From positions 12,464 to 76,463 of the IMG/VR virus record IMGVR_UViG_3300037183_000141: a stretch of DNA of 64,000 nucleotides; one strand, given 5' to 3'. The position numbers and the translations under genes were made by a program. The notes below the pieces were generated by a model that made no database searches, was not told the DNA's origin, and saw only the letters and a program-made list of their open reading frames with translations. Origin of the DNA: a virus. Its lineage: Duplodnaviria > Caudoviricetes. Shown here one piece after another: positions 18,392 through 27,477 of the stretch; the stretch's first letter is position 1, and each line of letters begins with the position of its first letter.

Positions 18392-19300
18392 TCAGTTTGC
18401 ACGGCTTCGCTTGACATTGTTCTTGGCCTCCTCGGACAGTCTAATAACCTCGGCCTCAAGGCCGAGGGCTGCATATTTCTTGCCGCGCTTGTGTGCCAGG
18501 TCGAGGCGACATAGCTCGGCCAGGCTAGTCTTCAGGGACGAAGGGCTCCACAGGCCGAGACGGGGCTCGACCACCTTCTTGAAGACGAAAGGGTGCATTT
18601 CGATGCGCTTCGCCACATCCTGCGGAGCGAGGCCGGACGCGGACAAAAGCTCCACGCGAAGCTGCTGGATCACGTGCCTCTGGAGAAAGGCTATGATCCA
18701 CCCAGTCTCATCCTGCGCCTCCTGGAGCCGGTCCACGTAGGCGACAGCTTTGACGGGGTGTCCTTCACACACGGCTTCCACTATCTCCTTTGGTGTGAGG
18801 TCCGCTGAAAACGGCAGAACCGATCTAACATCCTCGGGAGTAACCGGCCCCGAAGGCACTAACACTGACAGTTTGCGGACCTCAGAAGCGAGCTTTCTGA
18901 GACTCTTTCGGCTGTTCACAAAAAGGCCCAGCGCGACTCTTCTTAGATCGATGTTATAGCGCTCGCCTTCTTTTACGACCCATGCGACCACCTCGTTTTT
19001 ATCGTCGTACGTCTTGAGTTTCGGGAAGTCGAGACGGCGCGTCGCGGTGGCCAGCTCGAGCTTCTTCTTCGAAATGACAATAAGGACGTCCGGGTCGTTC
19101 GGGAGCTTCGGGACGGAGGTCGCCCGGACGACGAACACGCGACGGCCTCCGCCTATCGGACGGCACGACATCTCCTCCACGTAGGCGGCCTCCTCGTCGA
19201 ACCTGAGGACCGAGTCCGGGAGCATCGAGGTCGCCTCGCCGAGGGCGGCGCGCTCCATGAGGAGCTCCTCCTCACCGCTTATCAAGATAACTGTAGCCAC
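18392..19300 (-). CDS. holA: DNA polymerase III delta subunit-like
   Basis: ILISGEEELL, LASEVRKL, VTPEDV, LCRLDLAHKRG: the HolA pattern. Confidence 0.75.
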   Translation of the reverse strand: MATVILISGEEELLMERAALGEATSMLPDSVLRFDEEAAYVEEMSCRPIGGGRRVFVVRATSVPKLPNDPDVLIVISKKKLELATATRRLDFPKLKTYDDKNEVVAWVVKEGERYNIDLRRVALGLFVNSRKSLRKLASEVRKLSVLVPSGPVTPEDVRSVLPFSADLTPKEIVEAVCEGHPVKAVAYVDRLQEAQDETGWIIAFLQRHVIQQLRVELLSASGLAPQDVAKRIEMHPFVFKKVVEPRLGLWSPSSLKTSLAELCRLDLAHKRGKKYAALGLEAEVIRLSEEAKNNVKRSRAN

Positions 19301-19311
19301 CGAAGGGTAGC

Positions 19312-20112
19312 TTACATCTTCAAAGATAATATAACAGCGTTGCGCCAGTGGATCTCCGCGTTCGCGGACGGGACGCGGACGATGTCGGCGGCGAAGCGGA
19401 GGAAAGCGAGGGCGCCCTCACGGGCGGCGGGGTCCGCCATAAGCGATAAGGCGGCCCTCCGAACGACGAGGGAGACCGCGGTCCGATCGGGGGAGCGGCC
19501 GGACTCGAGGTCCTTGACGACGGACGGGACGGCGAGCTCGAAAGACGGGTCCGCGACGGAAGAGAGGACCGACTCGTGCAGGGCGACGAAGCCGCGAGTA
19601 CATAAGACCGGATAGAGGCCAGGCCTCCCGCAGGACATACTGACAGCGAGGTCGTCCACCTCCTTCCCGAGGGAGAAGGCGAACTCGGACACCTCGGAGT
19701 CGGACAGGGGGAACCAGCGGACGTCCCGGACAACCCTAGAGAGCAGGGGAGGGAGGAGCGAGCGCGGGTCCGAGGAGACGGCGACAATACACGAGCTATC
19801 CGGGGCCTCCTCACACAACTTAAGCCACGAGTCCTGGGCAGGCTCGCTCAGCACGTCGATGTCGTCGATCAGGACCGCACGGAACGGGCTGAACGACGGG
19901 CGGTCGGAGAGGAAAGGCCGGGCCTGACGAGCGCCGTCCGGGCCGGACTCGGCGACGAGGAGGTCCGCCTCGTCGAGCGCGGACTCGAGGTAGGCCCTGA
20001 CGAACGAGGCCTTCCCGACGTGCTCAGGCCCGCTCAGGGTCAGGAAGCGCGGGACGCTCTGTATCGCCGTCTCCGTCTCCCGCTGGGAGCGCTGGTTTCC
20101 GAACGTCGTCAA
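19312..20112 (-). CDS. holB: DNA polymerase III delta-prime subunit-like
   Basis: LSGPEHVGKA, VLIDDIDVLSEPAQDSWLKLCEEAP, LLPPLLSRV (SRC-like motif). Confidence 0.8.
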   Translation of the reverse strand: MTTFGNQRSQRETETAIQSVPRFLTLSGPEHVGKASFVRAYLESALDEADLLVAESGPDGARQARPFLSDRPSFSPFRAVLIDDIDVLSEPAQDSWLKLCEEAPDSSCIVAVSSDPRSLLPPLLSRVVRDVRWFPLSDSEVSEFAFSLGKEVDDLAVSMSCGRPGLYPVLCTRGFVALHESVLSSVADPSFELAVPSVVKDLESGRSPDRTAVSLVVRRAALSLMADPAAREGALAFLRFAADIVRVPSANAEIHWRNAVILSLKM

Positions 20113-20257
20113 GACGGCCGATCTCCACCATATGGACGGTCACCTCGTAGATCCTCCTGCATGAGGAGCAACCCATTTTGTTCACGGCCCCGAACGAGGT
20201 CAGGGGCTCCCCGAGCGTGCCGCGAGGGCGCACGCAGACAGGGCAGTAGAACATCAT
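20024..20257 (-). CDS. Small Zn-finger protein
   Basis: CPVC..CSSC; the tail overlaps the holB start. Confidence 0.4.
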   Translation of the reverse strand: MMFYCPVCVRPRGTLGEPLTSFGAVNKMGCSSCRRIYEVTVHMVEIGRLDDVRKPALPAGDGDGDTERPALPDPERA

Positions 20258-20455
20258 CTAGACGTTGAAGCTGCCGCCGAGGCCGACCGAGAACACGTGA
20301 GAGCACTTGGTGCACTTGTACATCGGCGAGCGGTGTCCGTCAGAGGAAAGCTTGTAGGCTTGCCTACCGTTGCAGCTCTGGCCCTTGGTCACCGGGTCGG
20401 AACCCTTCGTGCAACGGACAAAGACGATGGGGTGGGCTGGTTTCTCTTCGGACAT
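20258..20455 (-). CDS. Small Zn-ribbon protein
   Basis: AAGGAG RBS before ATG 20455; C..C..CTKC. Confidence 0.55.
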   Translation of the reverse strand: MSEEKPAHPIVFVRCTKGSDPVTKGQSCNGRQAYKLSSDGHRSPMYKCTKCSHVFSVGLGGSFNV

Positions 20456-20469
20456 ATGAGTCTCCTTTT

Positions 20470-20811
20470 TCAGGGGAACTCTACGGCAACCCGGGCCGCA
20501 ATGCGAGCGAGGATGGAGCCTTCCGAGTCGGTCGCGAAGAGAGGGACAGCGACAAGGGCGGCGACCCTCCGACATTTCTCGAAGTCGGAGTAGAGCATGG
20601 TCCAGGACTCGCCGGTCCGGCCCGGGCTCGAGGCGCGAAGGACGCGCGGGCCCTCGACCGCGTCGGGGACGCTGACGGAGAGGGCGTTCTGCTTCAGCCG
20701 GAGAATGAAGAGCGGATAGGAGGCGAGGGCCACATTGTGCGTGGCCGGCCTGAGCTGGCGGGGTCCCGGGCGGCCGGTCAGGCCGTCGTAGGCCGAGCCG
20801 TCAAAGGCCAA
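20470..20811 (-). CDS. Hypothetical protein
   Basis: 113 aa ending ILARIAARVAVEFP. Confidence 0.5.
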   Translation of the reverse strand: MAFDGSAYDGLTGRPGPRQLRPATHNVALASYPLFILRLKQNALSVSVPDAVEGPRVLRASSPGRTGESWTMLYSDFEKCRRVAALVAVPLFATDSEGSILARIAARVAVEFP

Positions 20812-22039
20812 GGTCCGACCTGCGGAGGCCGCGGCGGGAGGCGAGGGCCGATGCCATGACGATCACGGAGGCGGCCTGGGAGGCCTTGTCCTCTGACTTC
20901 GACTTCTTGGGCTTGTTCGCGCCGGCGCCGGAGTCGGGCTTGATGGCGTCTACGTCGACGCCCATACCCTTCAGCTTCTTGGTCAGGCGGTCGAGCTCGT
21001 CCTGCTTGGAGAAGGAGGAGCCCTTCTCCTCGGCCTCGGCCTTCAGGCGGGCGACCTTGCGCTCGTCGATGCCCTTCTGGTAGTCGGCTTTACCCTGGTC
21101 CTTCTTTTGCTCCAGCTTCTCGGCCTCCCTCGGGTCGGCGCCGTGCATGTCGTACAGGGTGTCGTAGACGGACTCGGGGAGCTCCTCCTCGGCGAAGTCC
21201 GTGATCTTCTTGAGAAGCTTCTTCTTCGTGTCGCCGACGAAGCCGGACCAGCGCTTCTCATACTTCGCGTAGACGTCGGGGAGCTTCTCCTGAAACTTTT
21301 CCTTCAGGAGGGAGGCATGCCCCATGTTCTCCTTGATGTCGGAGCCAAAGCTCCCTCCGTCGTCGTTCATTATGGACTCGAAGATGATCTTCTCCTCCGG
21401 GGAGAGGGTCTTCTCGAGCTCCGGGATCCACTCCTCGATGGCGGAGAAGAACTCCTTGGCGGCCGCGTGGTCGTCCAAGGCCTTCCCGAGCTCGGTCGTG
21501 TCCGGCGTCGGCATGCGGCCCTCGCCGTTACCCTTCGCGCCGCCGTCCTCGTCGCGAGTGCCGAACGCGTCGTCGACCGAGCGCTCGTTCTTCTTGCGGT
21601 GGGACTTCCCCATTGACCCGCTCATAGCAGTAGTCCGAAGGTTGTTGAACATGGCCTTCAGGGCACCGTCCCATGTCGGAAAGTCCTTGGCGAAGTCCCA
21701 GGGCTTGCCGGTGGAGCGCATGATGGGCTCGCCGTCTTCGTCCCGCTTGACCACGCCCTTGTCGTTCGTCTCGTACGTGGACCCAGTGGCTATATACGAA
21801 AGGAAGTTCTGGATGGCGTCCATCGAGTCCGAGTCGTTACCCTGAAGCTGCTTCCGAGCGACGGCCATGAGCTTTGCGCCGATGGACCCGGCGGTCTCAG
21901 TGATAGTCTGTCCCGGATACTGCTTACGCAGAATGTTCAGGATTGCCTTCCCGGCGTCAGACTCAAAACCTGCAAAAAGGCGCATCATCGCAACGATAAA
22001 GCGGATGGAGGTGGCGATGCGCGGGCGTTCGACCGTCAT
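20801..22039 (-). CDS. Hypothetical charged protein (possible virion/internal protein)
   Basis: Long ORF, high GC3, K/E/D-rich helical composition. Confidence 0.65.
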   Translation of the reverse strand: MTVERPRIATSIRFIVAMMRLFAGFESDAGKAILNILRKQYPGQTITETAGSIGAKLMAVARKQLQGNDSDSMDAIQNFLSYIATGSTYETNDKGVVKRDEDGEPIMRSTGKPWDFAKDFPTWDGALKAMFNNLRTTAMSGSMGKSHRKKNERSVDDAFGTRDEDGGAKGNGEGRMPTPDTTELGKALDDHAAAKEFFSAIEEWIPELEKTLSPEEKIIFESIMNDDGGSFGSDIKENMGHASLLKEKFQEKLPDVYAKYEKRWSGFVGDTKKKLLKKITDFAEEELPESVYDTLYDMHGADPREAEKLEQKKDQGKADYQKGIDERKVARLKAEAEEKGSSFSKQDELDRLTKKLKGMGVDVDAIKPDSGAGANKPKKSKSEDKASQAASVIVMASALASRRGLRRSDLGL

Positions 22040-22053
22040 ACCACCACCAGACA

Positions 22054-23703
22054 CTAAAGGGCTACATTCTTCAGAATTTTTTGACCCCTGACAACGGCCG
22101 CCGAAATCTTCTCCCGGGAGTAGGAGAAGTGCGAGGACATGTCCTCCTCGCTCATACCCGCAGCGTACAAGGTGGCAAAAAGGTCAGCCCGGGCCACAAC
22201 AGAACGACCGACAAGACTGGTTCCGAGAATCTGATCCTCGCTACAGTCATGGCGGTCACACACCTCCCGCATCACACGATCGGCGAAGCCGGTGCCGACT
22301 GTCGCCGACCGAAGCTTTTTGAGAGCCGAGGTGTGAAGACGATGAACACGCTGGACGGGAATCCCGCTATTCCGGGCATAATCTCGGACCGTAACATCCA
22401 GAAGACTGATAGCGGATATAACGTCCGACTCCTCGGCCGACAGGGCCGCCTCACCGAGAAGAGATGCTATATCTGACCTATGCTCGACCACACGAAAGTC
22501 GGCAACGGCGTCGGCGTCGCAGATGACCCGCTGGGACCCCTCCTCAGAGTCCAGGTCGTACGCAACGACCTCGGAGTCGGAGGTCTCGGGCGAGACACCG
22601 TTGTTGTGGACATTACGGGACATGTCGTCCGTCCGGGTGAGCTGTTTGAACTCGTTAATGACCTCATTCCCGATAATGCGGTCCGCATACTTTAGCAGAC
22701 CAGCGTCGATCCCGTGCGGCTCTGTGCCCGGAACAGCCGGTCGCATGATGAAACGTGGTTGATTGAAAACACGGTTCTTCCCCTGCCATCCGCGGAGGTA
22801 AGAGACACTGTTCTTGTTGGGCTTTTGGCAGAGCTGAGAATCATTCCACCGCATCTTCCGGATTGCGTCCAACATGGACGGGGTCAGAGCTGGGTTCAGA
22901 GCCTGAACGCTCTCCTTAGGGTGCTTCCAGCCAGGACATTGCTCGGATTGGGCAAGAGAGATCCCCTTGGATCGAAGAAGAGCAAGCCCACGAGCGCACT
23001 CTGGGCACGTCTTCGGAGCAGCCTTATTTCCTCCAGACACATGGCTCGGACGACCGCGGGGACACTCGTGTTCCGTGAGCTCTGCCGGAATGATGCGATC
23101 TTGGCGCCACAAAGACTGAAGCTTCCAATACTCGCCCGGACCATGCCCGAGGAGGTAGAGCATCCGGTCGCTGTCGATAGTGTGGCCTTGGGCTGAGTAG
23201 AAGTACCTCTCGAAGTCAAAGCCCACGTAGGCCAAGACGTCGGACACTCTCCAAAGAGAGTTCGGGTCGATATTCATGCCGACCCTGGGGGAGATAATCG
23301 TGTCGCTAATGAACTTTAGCTGAACAGGCGGACCGTCCGGGTCCCAGAGCATGTGCTCGGCCTCAGTCCGCGTAACGAGATCCTCATGAAGGTACTTATA
23401 GAACCAGCGGGAAGTGAACTCCTTCTGAAGGAAGCGGGCGCAGACGCGCTGCGTGGCGTCCGGTATGCGGTCATGGTCGCGCTTGAAACGCTTCCGGACC
23501 TTGCTGCGGACCCAGTTGAACCATTGCTTTAGGAAGGACCTGTCATCGGGAATGCAGACAGGAGCATAACGAACTCCCGGCGCATCCTTACAGGATGGAC
23601 CTATTCTGGGGTAGCGCTTAGCTCCTCCACAGACAGCCTTGTCCCTCTTACAGACAGCGCAGAACTCTATGGGGGCACATGCCCCTCCCATACCAACGTT
23701 CAT
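22054..23703 (-). CDS. Divergent sigma-factor-like protein with a C-terminal DnaA_C-like HTH
   Basis: Region-2-like WVRSKVRKRF..PDATQRVCARF; region-4-like LSAEESDVI..VRDYARNSGIPVQRVHRLHTSALKKLR; then VMREVCDRHDCSEDQILG..VVARADLF. Confidence 0.55.
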   Translation of the reverse strand: MNVGMGGACAPIEFCAVCKRDKAVCGGAKRYPRIGPSCKDAPGVRYAPVCIPDDRSFLKQWFNWVRSKVRKRFKRDHDRIPDATQRVCARFLQKEFTSRWFYKYLHEDLVTRTEAEHMLWDPDGPPVQLKFISDTIISPRVGMNIDPNSLWRVSDVLAYVGFDFERYFYSAQGHTIDSDRMLYLLGHGPGEYWKLQSLWRQDRIIPAELTEHECPRGRPSHVSGGNKAAPKTCPECARGLALLRSKGISLAQSEQCPGWKHPKESVQALNPALTPSMLDAIRKMRWNDSQLCQKPNKNSVSYLRGWQGKNRVFNQPRFIMRPAVPGTEPHGIDAGLLKYADRIIGNEVINEFKQLTRTDDMSRNVHNNGVSPETSDSEVVAYDLDSEEGSQRVICDADAVADFRVVEHRSDIASLLGEAALSAEESDVISAISLLDVTVRDYARNSGIPVQRVHRLHTSALKKLRSATVGTGFADRVMREVCDRHDCSEDQILGTSLVGRSVVARADLFATLYAAGMSEEDMSSHFSYSREKISAAVVRGQKILKNVAL

Positions 23704-23780
23704 TTAAAGCCTCCTTGCGGCGATCGCTACGCCGACTGATGGAGAGCGCCCATGAAACCCGTGGGCAGGCAGAAACTATA

Positions 23781-24662
23781 TCATATGAAAAACGTTTGAA
23801 CAATATCTTTCGGAGCACCGAAGAACAGGAACGCACCCTCCCCCTGAGGGGGAACGGGAATGTCAGACCAAAGAAGATCCAAAGCTTGTGCGTCCAACAT
23901 TGGCGGACGGCTCTTCCACAGCCACTGCTGGGCACGAGACACTCTCCGGCGAGAAGCGTCCTCGCCGACCTCACACCTGCCGGACGCGTACATACTAAGT
24001 CGGTCTTGAACACCAAGCTTAGAACAGGACCCGAAGGAAAGACGAGCTATGCGAAGAGCGACACGAAAACACTTCGTGCGATCCTGGACGAGGTCCTCGC
24101 CGCCCCACGCGGTCGCATACCCGGGCTCCCTCTCGCTCGAGACGAACCGGAGGCCGCCGTTCGGCCCGACGACGACGCGGAGCTTCGTCCTTCCGGTGTC
24201 CTTCTCGAGGGTCCCGAGCTTCACCTGCATGAGGCACCAAGACTTGCCGGAGTCGCCCTGGGCCTTCGGCCCGACGCCGGTGTCGACGTCCTTGCGGTAG
24301 GCGCTCTCGTAGAAGGCGATCGAGGTCAAGAGGGCGGTCGTCATAGCACGCCCGTTGGCGCCCTGGAAGATGGGGCGTTCGGCCGGATCGTACGTGACGG
24401 TCATGATGTCGTTGGCGATATCCTCATACCTTCTCCTACCCTCCTCCTCGGACTCCTTCGCCTCCTTGACGTAGGAGAGGCCCGGAGGGGCCCAGGTCAC
24501 CATCCGGTCCACGACCCACTGATGTAAAGAGGTGACCCTGAACGAGGGGAGCGAACGGTCCTGGACGGTGTCCGACGACGCGAAGCTCACCCCGGAAAGG
24601 GTAAGGACGCACGCCATGACCGCCACGAGGCGCTTCCAGAGGAATAGTCGATTTTTCAGCAT
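23781..24662 (-). CDS. Secreted lysozyme-like / lytic transglycosylase-like protein
   Basis: Signal peptide ending SFA/SS; LLTSIAFYESAY..GDSGKSWCLMQV (SLT ES..xLMQ pattern). Confidence 0.6.
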   Translation of the reverse strand: MLKNRLFLWKRLVAVMACVLTLSGVSFASSDTVQDRSLPSFRVTSLHQWVVDRMVTWAPPGLSYVKEAKESEEEGRRRYEDIANDIMTVTYDPAERPIFQGANGRAMTTALLTSIAFYESAYRKDVDTGVGPKAQGDSGKSWCLMQVKLGTLEKDTGRTKLRVVVGPNGGLRFVSSEREPGYATAWGGEDLVQDRTKCFRVALRIARLSFGSCSKLGVQDRLSMYASGRCEVGEDASRRRVSRAQQWLWKSRPPMLDAQALDLLWSDIPVPPQGEGAFLFFGAPKDIVQTFFI

Positions 24663-24691
24663 GTTTCGGCCAACCGATTCAAAGGCTACCC

Positions 24692-24952
24692 TTAGGTAGC
24701 TGGGGAAAGCTCCAGATACTGGAGCAGCCCGGACGACGTTGAGTAAACCAGACGTTTGTTCATTATCGTATATTCACCTTCTACGATCCGAACCCTCCTC
24801 CGGTCCGATGGATCTCTGAGTGATATCCGGTCAATTCTGAGGACAGTCCCCTCAGGGACCAGGGGCATTGGATGAACTTTGTACTCGACATGTTTGGGCA
24901 AGTCCATGAAGACAAAGAAAGTCTTCACGCTCCCGGAAGCTTCAGAGGGCAT
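24692..24952 (-). CDS. Hypothetical protein
   Basis: 86 aa, first gene of the leftward block. Confidence 0.45.
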   Translation of the reverse strand: MPSEASGSVKTFFVFMDLPKHVEYKVHPMPLVPEGTVLRIDRISLRDPSDRRRVRIVEGEYTIMNKRLVYSTSSGLLQYLELSPAT

Positions 24953-25075
24953 TTCCTCTTCCTCCCGCCATGGGCTCCTCCGCGTCCAGATCCCGTTATG
25001 AGACTGGGTTTGTCACTTACACTGCACACGCTCAACACTTGGCCGTCTTTGTCACTGTCGTCTCTTCTGACTTCG

Positions 25076-25106
25076 CTACTACTACTACTACTGCTACTAC
25101 TGCTAC
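25076..25106. repeat. Imperfect (CTA/CTG)n microsatellite in the divergent intergenic region
   Basis: ctactactactactactgctactactgctac. Confidence 0.85.
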
Positions 25107-25423
25107 CATCGCCACTGCTTACTCTTACTCCGACTTCGTCTCTGTTCGAGAAGCAAAAGAGGGATCGAAAGGAAAAAGGAAAAGAAGAAAGATCTTCCGT
25201 AGAACGGGCGACGAGGATGAAGACCTCGGCTAGCTCTACTTCGGCATTAGGGACGATGGACCGTTCCCTCAAGCCAATTCTCACGTTCTCCGACCTTCCG
25301 CGTCGATACGCGACTCCGAAATCTCGGGTCCGGACCAGGGGAGCAGCGGTCGTAGCCCCCGTAGATCCGGACAGGCATCCACGACGTATCGTGTTACAAG
25401 ATGCCAAGGTCCGCTCCATTGCG

Positions 25424-26299
25424 ATGGCACTCTACATTGAGCCTGCCGGGGACGTCCTCACCATGACCGGACGGAAGACCGGCAAGAAGGCCACGAAGAA
25501 GCCCGCGGAGAGGCCTTGGAGAGCCCGAAAGCGCGCCGCCATGCGGGAGGAGCGACGCCTCGAGAAGAAGGCCCTCGAGGCCGAGGGCAGGAAGGCCCTC
25601 ATCGACGAGTGCGTTCAGCGCGTCGGCAGGCCGACGGACCGGGAGGCGTTCCGGGAGATCCTGACCGCCCTCGTGGAGAACAATGCCATCCCGGCGGGCC
25701 TCCTGACCACGGTCCCGCAGCGCTCGACGAAGGCCGGCAAAACGCGCTTCGACCAGATCTTCGACGCCTGCATGTTCCTCGCGTTCCCCGAATACCGCCC
25801 GATCGTGCGGGATAAGGCCTTCGGGCCGATAGCGTCACCGGACATGCGGCTGTGGCGCGCGCTCTTTCCGAAGGAGTACGGGCTATCGCACGTCGTCCTC
25901 CGGGCCCGGTCTTTCCAGGAGGCCTTCGCCCTGGCCTGCGACTACGCCTGCCGGCTCTCCCTCCGGGAGAAGCGCCGTATCCCGACCGACATGTCCATCC
26001 GCGTCCAGTTCATGTCGGACCCGAGCGTCGCCCGCATGCTGGACATCCGGCATGCCGTGAAGGACCGGACGCGCAAGGCGTCGAACCTCCGGGGCCGGAG
26101 GTACTCGGCCAAGGCCGTCGCCGGCGCGCGCCTGGTCGCGATAGGCCGTAAGGACGGCAACAACTACAGCATTTTCAAGTACGCGGAGGACAAGGACCTC
26201 AAGCGGATCGCCGAGCTTCGCGCCGAGGTGAGGGTGTCCGCGGTGGAGATCGAGACATTCCGTCCGAAGGAGACCCCCTCGCCGTACGATGTCCCATGA
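25424..26299 (+). CDS. Hypothetical basic protein
   Basis: Coding-like GC3 begins near ATG 25424/25463; ATGA overlap with purZ. Confidence 0.6.
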   Translation: MALYIEPAGDVLTMTGRKTGKKATKKPAERPWRARKRAAMREERRLEKKALEAEGRKALIDECVQRVGRPTDREAFREILTALVENNAIPAGLLTTVPQRSTKAGKTRFDQIFDACMFLAFPEYRPIVRDKAFGPIASPDMRLWRALFPKEYGLSHVVLRARSFQEAFALACDYACRLSLREKRRIPTDMSIRVQFMSDPSVARMLDIRHAVKDRTRKASNLRGRRYSAKAVAGARLVAIGRKDGNNYSIFKYAEDKDLKRIAELRAEVRVSAVEIETFRPKETPSPYDVP

Positions 26300-27477
26300 T
26301 TGAAGGCAAGTTCAACGTGATCCTGGACCAGGCGTGGGGCTCGAGCGGCAAGGGGAAGACCTCGGCCTGGCTTGCCGACCGCTTCAACGTCACCGCGGTC
26401 TCGAGCTCCAACTTCCCGAACGCCGGCCACACGGCCCGCTTCGCGGACGGGACGAAGTTCGTAGCCAAGGCCATCCCGACCGCCGCCATCCTCCGAAAGG
26501 TCAAGGGGCTCGGCGTCGAGTGCTTCGTCTCCCCGGGATCCGGCTTCGACCCCGTCCAGCTCATCAAGGAGTGGGAGGAATGCGGCCATCCGAAGATCCG
26601 GATCCACGCGAGGGCGAACCTCGTGACGGCGGAGCACAAGCGACGGGAGTCGGACGGCAGCGAGTCGACGAAGCACGTCGCCTCCACGATGCAGGGGACG
26701 GCGGCGGCCATGTGCGACAAGATCCTCCGCCGCCCGGACGCCCTCCTCGCCGACTCCATGTGGGCCCCGGCGTACGGCCTGGACGTCGACGGCCTCGAGG
26801 GACGCCTCGGCGAGCTCGTCGACAACGTCCGGGTCCACGACGCGCTCGAGTTCCGGACAATGACCCGGAACATGATCCGCGCCGGGCAGACCTGGCTGCA
26901 CGAGGGCTCCCAAGGGTACGCCCTGTCCATCGACCACGGCTCGCACTACCCCCAGTGCACCTCCCGGAACTGCACGCTCCAGGCGCAGATGGACCACATG
27001 GCCATCCCGCCGGCGCTGGTCGGCGACGTCTACCTGAACCTCCGCTCTAGGCCCATAAGGGTCGGGAACGTGGTCGAGAATGGAAAGCAAGTCGGATATT
27101 CGGGTGACTTCTATCCAGACTGTGAGGAGATGACATGGGCTGAGGTGGCTGAAAAAGCCGGCATGCCCCCGGAAGAGGCGGCGTCTTTGGCCGAAAGAGA
27201 GCGGACGACCGTCACGAAGCGGATTCGACGAGTAGCAACGTTCAGTTTCGACGGCCTCAGAGATGCCGTGGCGGTAAATGGGGCCACAAAGCTCGTCATG
27301 AACTTTATTCAGTATATCGATTGGAAAGATGCCGGTCTCAGAGGCGGAAAGAGCGCATTCGAACGTCTTTCTTCGAAGAGTCGTGCCTTCATCGACCAAG
27401 TTGAAGAAGCAGCAAACCTTCCCGTAGTCTTGGTTGGTACCGGCGCTGACCATGAGGAGATGATAGAACGTTTTTGA
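26296..27477 (+). CDS. purZ: Adenylosuccinate synthetase homologue of PurZ type (probable 2-amino-deoxyadenylosuccinate synthetase)
   Basis: QAWGSSGKGK (Ser where PurA has the catalytic Asp in GDEGKG), NAGHT, EGSQGYALSIDHG..YPQCTSRNCT, RSRPIRVG, ERTTVTKRIRRV. Confidence 0.8.
   Translation: MIEGKFNVILDQAWGSSGKGKTSAWLADRFNVTAVSSSNFPNAGHTARFADGTKFVAKAIPTAAILRKVKGLGVECFVSPGSGFDPVQLIKEWEECGHPKIRIHARANLVTAEHKRRESDGSESTKHVASTMQGTAAAMCDKILRRPDALLADSMWAPAYGLDVDGLEGRLGELVDNVRVHDALEFRTMTRNMIRAGQTWLHEGSQGYALSIDHGSHYPQCTSRNCTLQAQMDHMAIPPALVGDVYLNLRSRPIRVGNVVENGKQVGYSGDFYPDCEEMTWAEVAEKAGMPPEEAASLAERERTTVTKRIRRVATFSFDGLRDAVAVNGATKLVMNFIQYIDWKDAGLRGGKSAFERLSSKSRAFIDQVEEAANLPVVLVGTGADHEEMIERF

Noticed and set aside
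24872-25423. Poly-Leu signal peptide at the start of the 475-aa ORF
   Set aside because: It is the translation of the CTA microsatellite; coding-like codon bias starts only near 25424
26296-27477. Ordinary host-like PurA
   Set aside because: The catalytic Asp is replaced by Ser and the downstream motifs are of the short PurZ/archaeal type
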